Positions 37,423 to 47,389 of a stretch of 64,000 bases of DNA are shown here, in pieces. The notes below the pieces were generated by a model. The model was not told the DNA's origin, did no database searches, and was given only the letters and a program-made list of their open reading frames with translations. This stretch comes from Candidatus Thorarchaeota archaeon. Its GTDB lineage: Archaea > Asgardarchaeota > Thorarchaeia > Thorarchaeales > Thorarchaeaceae. The stretch covers positions 1-64,000 of the forward strand of contig PRDH01000012.1 of the NCBI GenBank assembly GCA_003345545.1, read 5' to 3'. Each line of letters opens with the position of its first letter. The first letter of the stretch is position 1. A program made the position numbers and the translations under genes.

Positions 37423-37815
37423 ATGACACTACTAGACCCATTGGCTGATGCAATGTCAAACATACACAATAGTGAATCGGTAGGCAAGTCCGAAGTGGTC
37501 GTTGCTCCAGCATCACAACTGATTGAAAAAGTGCTGCAAGTAATGCAGTCCAAGGGTTACATCGGTGAGTTTGAACGAATCGATGATGGAATGGCAGGCA
37601 GACTGCGCATCCAACTCATGGGTCGTACAAACAAATGCGGTGTGATAAAACCGAGATACCCAGTCCCGCGGGATGGTTTTGAAAAATACGAGAAGCAATT
37701 CCTTCCTGCCTACAACTATGGTATCCTGATTGTCACAACACCAGCAGGCGTGATGACTCATCAGGATGCAAAGGACCGCGGAATCGGCGGGAGACTACTA
37801 GCATACGTGTACTAA
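37423..37815 (+). CDS. rps8: 30S ribosomal protein uS8
   Basis: [26 protein letters not shown]. Confidence 0.98.
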   Translation: MTLLDPLADAMSNIHNSESVGKSEVVVAPASQLIEKVLQVMQSKGYIGEFERIDDGMAGRLRIQLMGRTNKCGVIKPRYPVPRDGFEKYEKQFLPAYNYGILIVTTPAGVMTHQDAKDRGIGGRLLAYVY

Positions 37816-37828
37816 GGAGATCTGGCAA

Positions 37829-38398
37829 ATGTCAAAAGAGTTAGAGTTGGTATATCATCAGACGATTGAGATTCCCAGTGACTGTCAGGTCTCCTTGGAA
37901 GACAAAACAGTCACTGTAAAGGGTCCCAAAGGCACACTCAAACGTTCTTTTCCAGAACGTCAGACAACGATCAAAATCCAAGGAAGTGAGGTGTATGTGG
38001 GTACAGACATCAGCAGAAAACGTAGTAGAGCTCTGGTCGGAATGATAATAGCGCACGTCCGGAACATGATGCTCGGAGTACGCCTGGGCTATGAGTATCA
38101 GATGAAGATAGTCTACAGTCACTTTCCTATCAACGTTGAAGTACAAGACAGTACCGTCCTCATCAAGAACTTCCTCGGCGAACGAGGAGTTAGAAAGGCT
38201 CGGGTTGTTGGTGACATTAAGATACGAACCTCTGAGGATGAGATCTTCGTCAGTGGCATAGACATCGAACAGGTGGCACAGAGTGCCGCAAATATCCAGC
38301 AAGCCTGCAAGATCCGCGACAAAGACCGACGTGTCTTCATGGATGGAATCTATGTGATCAAGAAGACAAAGGGTGACGTAGTGAAGTCCATAGTATAG
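37829..38398 (+). CDS. rpl6: 50S ribosomal protein uL6
   Basis: VKGPKG, YSHFPI, NFLGER, DRRVFMDGIYV. Confidence 0.98.
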   Translation: MSKELELVYHQTIEIPSDCQVSLEDKTVTVKGPKGTLKRSFPERQTTIKIQGSEVYVGTDISRKRSRALVGMIIAHVRNMMLGVRLGYEYQMKIVYSHFPINVEVQDSTVLIKNFLGERGVRKARVVGDIKIRTSEDEIFVSGIDIEQVAQSAANIQQACKIRDKDRRVFMDGIYVIKKTKGDVVKSIV

Positions 38399-38409
38399 GA
38401 GGCAACAGA

Positions 38410-39318
38410 ATGTCAAAGAAGCCAGAACTAAAAGACCTGCCCGGATTAGGCCCAAAGATTGAAGAGAAGCTCAGAGAGGCTGGGATAAAGACAGTACTCA
38501 GTCTATCGCGGGCTAGCGCAGACAAGCTTGCTGAGAAGGTAGATGGACTCAGCGTGAGCCGTGCACAGACACTGATTGCCGCAGCTCAAAATACCCTTCA
38601 AAGTGCTCCATCGAGGGAAGTGAAACCCAAGAAGACTGAAGCCAAGGAAGAGGTGCCTAAGAAGAAGGCTGCTGTGAAGAAGGAACCCAAAGAGAAAGCC
38701 GAGGCGAAGAAAGAGGCACCGAAGAAGACTGCAGCAAAGAAGGTCTCAGAGAAGAAGGGAGAGGTCACCACAGAGAAACCAAAACCTTCGAAGAAGTCAA
38801 AGGCAACGAAGGTCAAGCCAAAGGTCAGAGCTGTAAAGAAAGAAAAGAAAGAGAAACACGAAGTTCCGCTCAGATTCAAGAATGTAGACCAACGGCTTGT
38901 AAGAATCGCACGGAACAAGAAGATGCGTATGCCTCCGTTTCAGCACGAGAATGCGCATCGCTGGACTCGTGTCGCTAGGAGATGGCGGCAAGTACGTGGA
39001 ATTGACAGCTATACCAGACAGAAGAAACATGGTCGAATTGCCATGGTAAGATCAGGGTACAGAACTCCCAAGGCCATTCGGAATCTTCATCCATCTATGT
39101 TCATCGAGATTCCAGTTTCCAGACCATCGGACCTTCAGAATCTTAATCCTGACATCCACGCAATACGCATTGCTGGAACAGTAGGAGGAAGAAAGCGTCA
39201 GGAAATTCTTTCGGCGGCAGATGCAAAGCTCCTACGGGTACTTAATCCAGGCACAACCGAAGAGATTGGTGAAGAAGATCTCTTCACTGACCTAGACTTG
39301 GAGGAGGAAAAATCATGA
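38410..39318 (+). CDS. rpl32e: 50S ribosomal protein eL32 fused to N-terminal HhH domain and Lys-rich linker
   Basis: LPGLGPKIEEKL HhH; K/E/A/P-rich linker; WRQVRGIDS, GYRTPK.IR.LHPS, VLNP. Confidence 0.93.
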   Translation: MSKKPELKDLPGLGPKIEEKLREAGIKTVLSLSRASADKLAEKVDGLSVSRAQTLIAAAQNTLQSAPSREVKPKKTEAKEEVPKKKAAVKKEPKEKAEAKKEAPKKTAAKKVSEKKGEVTTEKPKPSKKSKATKVKPKVRAVKKEKKEKHEVPLRFKNVDQRLVRIARNKKMRMPPFQHENAHRWTRVARRWRQVRGIDSYTRQKKHGRIAMVRSGYRTPKAIRNLHPSMFIEIPVSRPSDLQNLNPDIHAIRIAGTVGGRKRQEILSAADAKLLRVLNPGTTEEIGEEDLFTDLDLEEEKS

Positions 39319-39767
39319 AACTCTCCACTCAAAAGAGACTAGCTGCTCAAGTATTGAAGGTCGGTACTTCGAGAGTATGGATTGACCCAACATTTGAAGA
39401 TGAAGTCAGTCTAGCAATCACTCGAGAAGACATCAAGCGTCTGATAGACGAGAGGGCCATTCAGAAAAGAGCAGCGACCGGTGTCAGCCGGGGTCGAGCT
39501 CGTTATGTTCTCGAACAGAAGCGAAAGGGCCATAGAAAGGGGCCTGGCACGAAGAAAGGTAAGGACAGAGCAAAGCTGACCGGCAAGGACCGTTGGATGA
39601 TCAGAATACGCCCGATGCGAAAAGAGCTACGCGAGCTTCGCGACAATAATAAGATTACCAGCAGGACCTACCGAGAACTATACCTGATGGCCAAGGGTAA
39701 TGCATTCCGAAATACAGCACACATTAGAATGTATATTTCAGAGCACAAGCTGGAGGTGTCCAAGTAA
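39315..39767 (+). CDS. rpl19e: 50S ribosomal protein eL19
   Basis: [33 protein letters not shown]. Confidence 0.97.
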   Translation: MKLSTQKRLAAQVLKVGTSRVWIDPTFEDEVSLAITREDIKRLIDERAIQKRAATGVSRGRARYVLEQKRKGHRKGPGTKKGKDRAKLTGKDRWMIRIRPMRKELRELRDNNKITSRTYRELYLMAKGNAFRNTAHIRMYISEHKLEVSK

Positions 39768-40537
39768 TGGCGCAGGGGCCAATGTACCGAGTGAAGTTCC
39801 GCCGTCGACGAGAAGGTAAAACAAACTATTACCGCCGCCGCAGTCTACTACAATCACGACGGGCAAGACTCGTTGTAAGAAAGACCAATGCAGACATGAT
39901 AGTCCAAGTCATCAATGCCAGCGTTGGAGGAGATATGACTGTAGCATCAGCGTCTGCAAAAGAACTCACTGACCATGGTTGGACAGCAGGAACAGCCAAT
40001 ACGCCTGCAGCCTATTTGACAGGACTCCTAGCAGGCTTGAGAGCAAAGAGCCGAGGAGTCAATGAAGCAGTGTTAGATATCGGACTTAACCCTCCTACAA
40101 AGGGCTCAAGAATTTACGCTGCACTCAAGGGAGCGCTTGATGCTGGCCTTGACGTACCGCACAGCCCAGATGTTCTCCCGGATGACTCAAGAATCTCAGG
40201 AGAGCATATTGTTGCCGGGTATGACCACTTCAGTGGAGTAGATGGCACCCTGATGTACATCAGAGTGGGCAAGAAGAAGACAGCCATCACAGCAATACCA
40301 AAGCAGGTAGAAACTGTAAGGAAGGCGCTTCAGGCGATTCCAGCTGCTGATCTCAAGAAGAAGAAGACAAAGAAGGCTCCCGCAAAGGCGAAGGCGGCCG
40401 CTGAAAAACCAGCGAAGAAAGCAAAGAAGGAAGTACCTTCCGTCAGACCTCAGCGGGCAGTACCAAGGAAACCCAAGCCCAAGAAGTTGCTTGCCAGAGG
40501 TAAGGGCAAGAAGGCTAAGAAGGAAGCAACGGAGTAG
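39767..40537 (+). CDS. rpl18: 50S ribosomal protein uL18 with basic C-terminal extension
   Basis: [34 protein letters not shown]. Confidence 0.96.
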   Translation: MAQGPMYRVKFRRRREGKTNYYRRRSLLQSRRARLVVRKTNADMIVQVINASVGGDMTVASASAKELTDHGWTAGTANTPAAYLTGLLAGLRAKSRGVNEAVLDIGLNPPTKGSRIYAALKGALDAGLDVPHSPDVLPDDSRISGEHIVAGYDHFSGVDGTLMYIRVGKKKTAITAIPKQVETVRKALQAIPAADLKKKKTKKAPAKAKAAAEKPAKKAKKEVPSVRPQRAVPRKPKPKKLLARGKGKKAKKEATE

Positions 40538-40550
40538 GGGATGATTGGTG

Positions 40551-41228
40551 ATGAGTAAACAACAAAGAAGAAGAGCACCCCGACCAGAAATCAACCCGCT
40601 GGATGAGTGGACTCCAAAGACGAAGCTTGGAAGGCTCGTCAAAGATGGCCACATTAACGGTATAGAGGAAATCCTGGAGAACAACTACAGAATCAGGGAA
40701 CCCGAGATTGTGGATGCTCTCTTCCCAGAGCTGAAACAAGAGGTTGTCGATGTCAGTATGGTACAACGCCAGTCTGACAGTGGACAGCAGAAGAGCTTCA
40801 GGATTACCGTCATTGTCGGAAATGGTGAGGGTGTGCTCGGGATTGGAGTGGGAAAAGCTCCCGAATTTGTCCCTGCCGTCCGTGCAGCTGAATCACGAGC
40901 TAAACTAAACATCACGAAATTCCGAAGAGGATGTGGGTCTTGGGAGTGCAGATGTCATGATCCTCATAGTATTCCGTTCGAGGTGCACGGAACATCAGGG
41001 TCTGTTAGTGTCACCCTTAGGCCGGCACCGAAAGGAACAGGACTTGTGACTGCTGATGTTGGCAAGATTGTGCTGCGAATTGCTGGCCTTAACGATGTGT
41101 GGTCCATATCCAAGGGACGCTCGCGGACATCATCCAATTTCGCCAAGGCATTCGTTGACGCACTCTTACAGACCTACAAGATGCTACCACCACAGGAGTG
41201 GGTTTCATCGGGGGCGACTGAGCAATGA
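40551..41228 (+). CDS. rps5: 30S ribosomal protein uS5
   Basis: W.PKTKLGRLV, RRGCGSWEC, PAPKGTGLV. Confidence 0.97.
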   Translation: MSKQQRRRAPRPEINPLDEWTPKTKLGRLVKDGHINGIEEILENNYRIREPEIVDALFPELKQEVVDVSMVQRQSDSGQQKSFRITVIVGNGEGVLGIGVGKAPEFVPAVRAAESRAKLNITKFRRGCGSWECRCHDPHSIPFEVHGTSGSVSVTLRPAPKGTGLVTADVGKIVLRIAGLNDVWSISKGRSRTSSNFAKAFVDALLQTYKMLPPQEWVSSGATEQ

Positions 41229-41707
41229 GGGAAGACGAGAAAGTCATCCTTGCAATTCGGGTCAGAGGTATAGCAAGAGTTCGACCTCAAATAGAAGACA
41301 CTCTTGACAAGCTGCTTCTTGGTCGTGTACACCAAGCAAGAATCATCAAGACTACGCCAAGCATGCAAGGTATGATCACAAAGGCCAAGGACTTCATTAC
41401 TTGGGGAGTGCCCTCTGAAGAGGTGATTGAGAAGCTCCTCACAAAGAGAGGGCGAGTTCCAGGCAATGCACATCTGACTGACGCCTATGTGAAGAAGAAC
41501 TCGAGCCACAGCAGTGTGAAGGCCTTGGCAAAGGCCATCGCATCAGGGAAGGCCTCGGTCACTGATGTTGAGGGTCTGAAGCCTGTCTTTCGACTCACAC
41601 CGCCGACAAAGGGATTCAGAGGAACAAAGTACCTGCCAATTGGCATGGGTGGCATCACTGGTGACCGTGGCGAAGGTATAAGCGAACTCGCACTACGTAT
41701 GATCTGA
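41225..41707 (+). CDS. rpl30: 50S ribosomal protein uL30
   Basis: AIRVRG, ITWG, VFRLTPP.KGF. Confidence 0.96.
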   Translation: MREDEKVILAIRVRGIARVRPQIEDTLDKLLLGRVHQARIIKTTPSMQGMITKAKDFITWGVPSEEVIEKLLTKRGRVPGNAHLTDAYVKKNSSHSSVKALAKAIASGKASVTDVEGLKPVFRLTPPTKGFRGTKYLPIGMGGITGDRGEGISELALRMI

Positions 41708-41717
41708 GGGATAACAT

Positions 41718-42257
41718 ATGTCTTGGGACAACGATCATGATGATAATGATGATGAGAATAAGAAGAGAATACGCCGTTGGTTTGGCGACTTCATCCCAGA
41801 GGAGGTACTTAAGCAGATCGAAGAGATGATGGAACGAATGATGTCAGAGATGAATCAAGGTGCATTCATGAATCCTGAAGGCTTCGAGGAGATGCTTAAG
41901 AACCAAGAGGGAACAAATCCATTCCTGTTTGGTTTCTCCATGAATCTAGGCCCAGACGGAAAGCCCATAATACAGCGATTTGGTAACACACCAGGTGAAG
42001 AAGGAGAAACTCATACTCTTGAACCTCTGGTAGATGTTGTAGAGGAAGACGGCGAGATCATCGTTGTTGCAGAGGTACCTGGAGTGGATAGAGACGAGAT
42101 CAAGGTCCGAATCAAAGGAACCGAACTGACAATCCATGCAGAGAATCCAGAGAGGCCTTATCATAAGGTCATTAAACTACCGTCAAAGGTAAAGAAAGAC
42201 GAGGCGAAATCAGCAATACGAAACGGCGTGCTGGAAGTACGATTGAAGAAGATATAG
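41718..42257 (+). CDS. Small heat-shock protein Hsp20 (archaeal type)
   Basis: FGFSM.LGPDGKP.I..FGN, EPLVDV, VAEVPGV, NGVLEVRL (alpha-crystallin domain). Confidence 0.93.
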   Translation: MSWDNDHDDNDDENKKRIRRWFGDFIPEEVLKQIEEMMERMMSEMNQGAFMNPEGFEEMLKNQEGTNPFLFGFSMNLGPDGKPIIQRFGNTPGEEGETHTLEPLVDVVEEDGEIIVVAEVPGVDRDEIKVRIKGTELTIHAENPERPYHKVIKLPSKVKKDEAKSAIRNGVLEVRLKKI

Positions 42258-42273
42258 AAAGGAGATTGCAGCT

Positions 42274-42741
42274 ATGCAAAGGAGAACACCAAAGAGAGCT
42301 CTCAAGATGAGAGGCCTTAGATCACAAGGCTATGGACATACCAAAGGACATAGGGCTGCTGGACAGAGAGGCGGCAAGGGTATGGCCGGCTCACATAAGC
42401 ATCATTATCAGAAGAGACTGCAGGACAATCCACACTACTTTGGTAAGTGGGGATTCAAGAGACCGCAGAAGCTGCTTGAGAGTCTATCAGTTATGAATAT
42501 TGGCGAGATTGATGAGGCTGCTGATAGGCTGGTTGCTGGAAATGTTGCCACAATGACAGGAAAGAGTTACAATATTGATGTATCCAAGCTTGGTGTTGAT
42601 AGGATCCTCGGCTCCGGAAAGGTCAACCGAAAGTTGAACCTCACTGGGGTGAAGTCAATCACACCTGGAGCTAGAAGCAAGGTAACAGCTGCCGGTGGAA
42701 CTCTCGATCTTCCAGAGGAAGAGAGCAAGCCAACTAGTTGA
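42274..42741 (+). CDS. rpl15: 50S ribosomal protein uL15
   Basis: G.RGGKGMAG..KHH, YFGK.GF, ILGSG. Confidence 0.96.
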   Translation: MQRRTPKRALKMRGLRSQGYGHTKGHRAAGQRGGKGMAGSHKHHYQKRLQDNPHYFGKWGFKRPQKLLESLSVMNIGEIDEAADRLVAGNVATMTGKSYNIDVSKLGVDRILGSGKVNRKLNLTGVKSITPGARSKVTAAGGTLDLPEEESKPTS

Positions 42742-42927
42742 TTGCCGTTTCTATACAAAGAACATCGGACACCCCACACCTGCCTCGCTAATAGTGTCTA
42801 TGCCTTGGCGGCAATGTTGCGCATGTTGCCGTATTACTTCAGAAGCGGTGCGCATTCAAAACAATCAATATGTTTAAAGGTATGGGCCAGCTGGAGCCGA
42901 AAAGTACCTGCAGGAGGCAAGGTGTGA

Positions 42928-44448
42928 ATGCCTAGCACATTTCTCAAAGCTCTTTCCCCGTTTGTCAGGATACTGCCTGAAGTAAAGGTGCCTGACAGAA
43001 AGGTTTCTTTTCGAGAGAAGATTGTTTGGACTGCTATCGTGCTCATTATCTTCCTTATCATGTCACACATGCCATTGTACGGCGTGGACAGGACAGTAGG
43101 GACAGATTATCTTTGGGCAATGCGAGTCATTCTCGCATCTACTAGAGGCACATTGATGGAGCTGGGAATAGGGCCAATTGTCACTGCAGGTCTGGTCATG
43201 CAGCTATTGTCTGGTTCCAAGATTATTAGTGTGGACTTTGGAAACCCAGAGGACCGAGCGCTCTTCACTGGTGGTCAGAAGGTACTGGCTCTGTTCATGA
43301 CAGCCTTTCAGTCCATTGCATACATCGCAGGCAATGCATATGGTGTTCTAGAGCCAGTAGCAGCGCTTCTAGTGTTCCTCCAACTCTTAATTTCAGGAAT
43401 CATCGTGATCCTCATGGATGAGCTTGTGCAGAAGGGATGGGGTCTTGGGTCAGGCGTATCCCTCTTCATCATGACCAATGTCGCAGGACAGGTTCTCTGG
43501 AACATGCTTGATTTCACACAGGTAGAGGGCCCAGGTCCGACAGGCTATGCCGGAGTTGACCCAGCAAATCCAACGGATACCGGACTTCCAAACGGTATCA
43601 TCGCAGCAATACTCTCGAACATCTTGAGAGCATTTGGAATCGGTACAGCCGCGGGACCTGCTGTAGATGCGGGATGGCTGTTCTTACGTAATGGATTCAC
43701 TCCAAGCCTCTTCTCAATGCTCATCACATTCAGCATCTTCGGCGCGGTCATCTATCTAGAGTCTGTCCGTGTTGAGATACCCCTCCAATATGCGAAGTAT
43801 CGGGGCATGAAGGCACGGTATCCAATCAAGCTCCTCTATACATCGAACATTCCAGTCATTCTTGCACAGGCACTCTATGCAAATGTGCTGTTCTTCGGGC
43901 AGATGATCTGGAGCGCCTTCAATAGCGACAATAGCAATCCATTCCTAAGCTGGATAGGTGTCTTCCATAAGGATGCGGAATCAGGGAGAATGATAGCAGA
44001 CGGGGGTCTTGCAAGGTACATCACGCCGCCTCAGGGACTGTTCAGCCTAAGAGGGGAAGCTGACTGGCTGCCTCATGTTGTCATCTACTTCGTCCTCATG
44101 ATCCTCCTATGTTGGGGCTTCTCCAAGGTGTGGGTGGACATCTCAGGTATAGCGCCACGTGATGTCTCTCGACAATTGCTCAATTCGGGCTACATGGTCC
44201 CTGGTTTCAGGACCAGCGAGAAGGTCATGGAGCGGCTACTTGAACGCTACATCCCAGTTGTCGCAGGTCTTGGAGGGTTCCTGATAGGAGTGCTTGCTGC
44301 GACAGCAGATGTCATGGGTGCCCTGGCCAGCGGTACTGGTATCTTGCTGATGGTTTCAATCATCAAGCAGTACTGGGAGAAGATAGCGAAAGAGCAGCTT
44401 GCAGGCATGGGCGGCGAAGGCGTCGCTGGGCTTCTTGGAATATTGTAG
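42928..44448 (+). CDS. secY: Protein translocase SecY/Sec61alpha
   Basis: GTLMELGIGPIVT, KGWGLGSGVSLFI, YPIKLLYTSNIP, SGTGILL; TTTAAA box upstream. Confidence 0.98.
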   Translation: MPSTFLKALSPFVRILPEVKVPDRKVSFREKIVWTAIVLIIFLIMSHMPLYGVDRTVGTDYLWAMRVILASTRGTLMELGIGPIVTAGLVMQLLSGSKIISVDFGNPEDRALFTGGQKVLALFMTAFQSIAYIAGNAYGVLEPVAALLVFLQLLISGIIVILMDELVQKGWGLGSGVSLFIMTNVAGQVLWNMLDFTQVEGPGPTGYAGVDPANPTDTGLPNGIIAAILSNILRAFGIGTAAGPAVDAGWLFLRNGFTPSLFSMLITFSIFGAVIYLESVRVEIPLQYAKYRGMKARYPIKLLYTSNIPVILAQALYANVLFFGQMIWSAFNSDNSNPFLSWIGVFHKDAESGRMIADGGLARYITPPQGLFSLRGEADWLPHVVIYFVLMILLCWGFSKVWVDISGIAPRDVSRQLLNSGYMVPGFRTSEKVMERLLERYIPVVAGLGGFLIGVLAATADVMGALASGTGILLMVSIIKQYWEKIAKEQLAGMGGEGVAGLLGIL

Positions 44449-44480
44449 AATGGCGAGGGGCCTTCGAGCCCCTCTATTCT
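44447..44480 (+). terminator. Hairpin after secY
   Basis: GAGGGGC-CTTCGA-GCCCCTC stem extended by AGAATG/TATTCT, followed by a pyrimidine-rich tract. Confidence 0.55.
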
Positions 44481-44552
44481 CTCTATTGATGCCTTTCATA
44501 CCACGGTGTATTTATGGGAGCCTCCGTTCCTGTTCACAGAGAGGTTTCAACA

Positions 44553-45593
44553 ATGCCAGAGAGAGTCACTGTCGGGAATGCAACCGCGAGTAGAGGAGAA
44601 CTGCAGAAGGGTGTCATCAAGGGAATTGAGCTGAATACAACCACTCCTATTGATATTCCAGTCTTAGTGATGAATGGAGCGAAGGATGGCCCCACACTGC
44701 TTATGGTGTCGACACAACACGGTATAGAGATACAGGGGATTGAGGTCATTCTCAAGATAATGAGAGAGAAGGTCAATCCCAAGGAGCTTCGAGGAGCCAT
44801 CATTGGCATCCCAGTGGAGAACCCACTCGCCTTCATGCATCACCAGTATCTCTCATGGATTGACAACTTGGACCTAGGTGGTGGTGGAAGTGCCAGCCCT
44901 CTGACAGCAGACCAGCCTCATGGGGCATCAACGGAACGCCTGGCGCATGCCCTCTGGAAGGAGGCATGGAGCAAGGCAGACATGGTCTTGAACATACACT
45001 GTAATGTGAGACCTGATTCGCTCTTCTTCACTGAGATCAATGTTGGCAATCCGTCGACCAGGGAGAGGCTAGAGCGGATGGCACGGGTGTTCGGTGTGAC
45101 CAATGTAGTGGAGAACATCACTATCAAGAAGAATGCGCCAGATACCCTCACAAACTTGGCCGTAAAGAATGGAGTTCCGGATATCCTCATCGAACTCATT
45201 GATGGCCGATGGATATCAGAACCCTCTACATCAGTTGGCGTCAGAGGCGTTCTCAACATCATGAAGGAGTTCGATATGATTGATGGTCCCATTGAGCCAC
45301 AGAAGAGCGTTCCCATCATTCAAGGTGTGTGTACAGGTCATGGCATCGTGCGGGCAGACAGAGGTGGTCTCATCAGATTCAAGAAGACCCCCGGTGAGTT
45401 CATGAAGAAGGGCACCGTCTTTGCGGAGATTTATGACCTGTATGGTGATGTCCTTGAAGAGGTGACATGTCCTGTTGATGGGTACATCTGGGCCTATCCC
45501 TGCGGCGACATCTTGGGTACGCCTGGCAGTCTTCAGGCTGTGCAGGCTGGAGCCAACATTGCCTATGCGTTCACATCAGACGAGCATCAATAG
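44553..45593 (+). CDS. Succinylglutamate desuccinylase/aspartoacylase family metallohydrolase
   Basis: QHGIE and NIHC zinc ligands, IPVENPLAF, LIEL; biotinyl-like C-domain; SD GAGGT. Confidence 0.88.
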   Translation: MPERVTVGNATASRGELQKGVIKGIELNTTTPIDIPVLVMNGAKDGPTLLMVSTQHGIEIQGIEVILKIMREKVNPKELRGAIIGIPVENPLAFMHHQYLSWIDNLDLGGGGSASPLTADQPHGASTERLAHALWKEAWSKADMVLNIHCNVRPDSLFFTEINVGNPSTRERLERMARVFGVTNVVENITIKKNAPDTLTNLAVKNGVPDILIELIDGRWISEPSTSVGVRGVLNIMKEFDMIDGPIEPQKSVPIIQGVCTGHGIVRADRGGLIRFKKTPGEFMKKGTVFAEIYDLYGDVLEEVTCPVDGYIWAYPCGDILGTPGSLQAVQAGANIAYAFTSDEHQ

Positions 45594-45597
45594 TATA

Positions 45598-45777
45598 GCA
45601 CTTAGTGAGGAAGGGGAGGAGCTGGGGACATATGACCTACCGCAAGATTGGTTTGTGAATCAGCAGAAGAGAGATGGGAGTTGGTTTCTGTATCTCCTCA
45701 AAAGAGCTGGGTACAAATGCCACGGTTTCTGGATTGCTCTTGTCATAAGCAGAATGCTCAAACGTTTCTTTGGATAG
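45598..45777 (+). pseudogene. Probable 3' gene remnant with a QxxDGxW motif
   Basis: DWFVNQQKRDGSWFLYLL...FWIALVISRMLKRFFG*; no credible start of its own. Confidence 0.45.
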
Positions 45778-45869
45778 TTCATACCTACGCAGTTCATGTG
45801 CATAGAAGGAATTATAACCACCTCATTCGCCCAAGCGGTCAGACTTAGGAGCAAAGGTGATTCTGCCCA

Positions 45870-46460
45870 ATGAAAGAGTCAAGGAACATAGTCATTGTGA
45901 CCGGCATTCCGGGTGTCGGAAAGACAACTGTGATCAACACAGCCGTAGATATTGTCAAGCAGAAGCACGGAGAAGATGTGCTTGTCTTGAACTTTGGGAC
46001 TGAGATGTTCGAAGTTGCCTCTAAAGCGGGGCAAGTCAAGGACCGCGATGAGATGAGAAAGATGCCCACTGCACAGCAACGCGAGAACCAGAGGCTCGCA
46101 GGACAATCAATAGCTAAGAAAGCCCGAAAGGCCAGGGTGATTGTGGACACCCATACCCTCATCCAGACCAACAATGGATACCTGATTGGGCTTCCTGAAT
46201 GGGTAGTGCGAGAGATTCAACCGAAGACCGTCGTGCTGGTAGAGGCGGACTCCGAGAAGATTGCCAGCCGCAGAAACAACGACCCGTCCCGTGCCCGTGA
46301 TGCTCAGGCTGTCAGTGACATTCAGATTCATCAGGAGATGTGTAGAGCAGCAGCAGTATCTGTAGGAACTCTGACCGGAGCCACGGTGCGGAGAATCATA
46401 AACCACGAGGGCAAAGTTGAAGAAGCTGCCGTCGAACTGGCTCAGACAATAATGGAGTAG
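45870..46460 (+). CDS. adkA: Adenylate kinase, archaeal type
   Basis: TGIPGVGKTT, NFG, RDEMRK, VDTH, GYL.GLP. Confidence 0.96.
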   Translation: MKESRNIVIVTGIPGVGKTTVINTAVDIVKQKHGEDVLVLNFGTEMFEVASKAGQVKDRDEMRKMPTAQQRENQRLAGQSIAKKARKARVIVDTHTLIQTNNGYLIGLPEWVVREIQPKTVVLVEADSEKIASRRNNDPSRARDAQAVSDIQIHQEMCRAAAVSVGTLTGATVRRIINHEGKVEEAAVELAQTIME

Positions 46461-46467
46461 AGGCTCG

Positions 46468-47040
46468 TTGCAGGATCTCTTCACCGACTTTGCCATATGG
46501 TTTGCAACAACATTTCAGTTGTTCCAGTCACCGCCCTTTTCTGGGCTATTCATCATGCTCGTTTCAGTCGCTGTGTCATCACTGAGTAACCTTGCCATGA
46601 GACGATTCTCTGACATGCGAAGGCTGCAACGCCAGCAATTGGAGGTCAAGCAGTATCAGGAGATGGAGAAAGAGGCGAAGAGAACACAGAATGAGAAGCT
46701 TCTCAAGAAGGTACGAAGAAGAAAGGCCTATATCAACCGAATTCAACGGGAGCAGATGAGCTCTCGGTGCAAACCATCGCTGATATTCCTGATTCCTTTC
46801 ATGGTGATATTCACTCTCCTTAGGGCCTTCTATATCGTTGATGGAAGTGAAGTCATTGTTGCAGTCATACCCTTCAATCTTCAGAAGGTCCTGCCATTCA
46901 TTGTGGGGATGGGTGGCCGAGCGACAGAGGCGGGTTTTGGCCTTACGTTCTATATGTTCTACTTCGTAGTAGGGCTTGGTCTCTCAAGCATCCTTCAACG
47001 AATCATGGGTACCCAGGTCATGGCACCACCGATGAGATGA
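46468..47040 (+). CDS. EMC3/TMCO1 (DUF106, Oxa1 superfamily) membrane insertase
   Basis: TM1, coiled coil, KPSLIFLIPF TM2, TM3; canonical position after adk. Confidence 0.9.
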   Translation: MQDLFTDFAIWFATTFQLFQSPPFSGLFIMLVSVAVSSLSNLAMRRFSDMRRLQRQQLEVKQYQEMEKEAKRTQNEKLLKKVRRRKAYINRIQREQMSSRCKPSLIFLIPFMVIFTLLRAFYIVDGSEVIVAVIPFNLQKVLPFIVGMGGRATEAGFGLTFYMFYFVVGLGLSSILQRIMGTQVMAPPMR

Positions 47041-47118
47041 TGAATCAACGACCCACCGCTTTGCTTAAAAGAGAACAACCACCGGGCTCAAGGGAAAATA
47101 GAGGAATGGTGTTGAGAT

Positions 47119-47385
47119 ATGGCAAGGCCCGGTCAACTCACTAGAGGAAAAGCAAATCGTTTGGTAAAGACGCCTGGCGGCAAGAGTGTTGTACATAGGC
47201 AGAAGTTCTACAAGGCTGGAGGCGTCTGTCATTTGACTGGTTCTCAGCTGCAGCTTCCTAAGGCATCACTCTATGGATTGAGTAGAAGGTCTAGTCGGTC
47301 ATCCAAGCGCCCTAACCGGCCATATGGCGGAGTCCTATCTTCAGCAGCTACACGCCGCGAGATAATCACAAAGGCGCGAGAGTAG
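47119..47385 (+). CDS. rpl34e: 50S ribosomal protein eL34
   Basis: VKTPGG, KRPNRPYGG. Confidence 0.92.
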   Translation: MARPGQLTRGKANRLVKTPGGKSVVHRQKFYKAGGVCHLTGSQLQLPKASLYGLSRRSSRSSKRPNRPYGGVLSSAATRREIITKARE

Positions 47386-47389
47386 AGCG

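Noticed and set aside
38610-38860. AAGAAG-rich repeats as a DNA repeat array
   Set aside because: They are Lys/Glu codons in the eL32 linker, with no fixed repeat-spacer period
42742-42927. 61-aa frame between the rpl15 TGA and secY
   Set aside because: Contains a TATA-like box and the secY SD; no coding signal; treated as promoter/UTR
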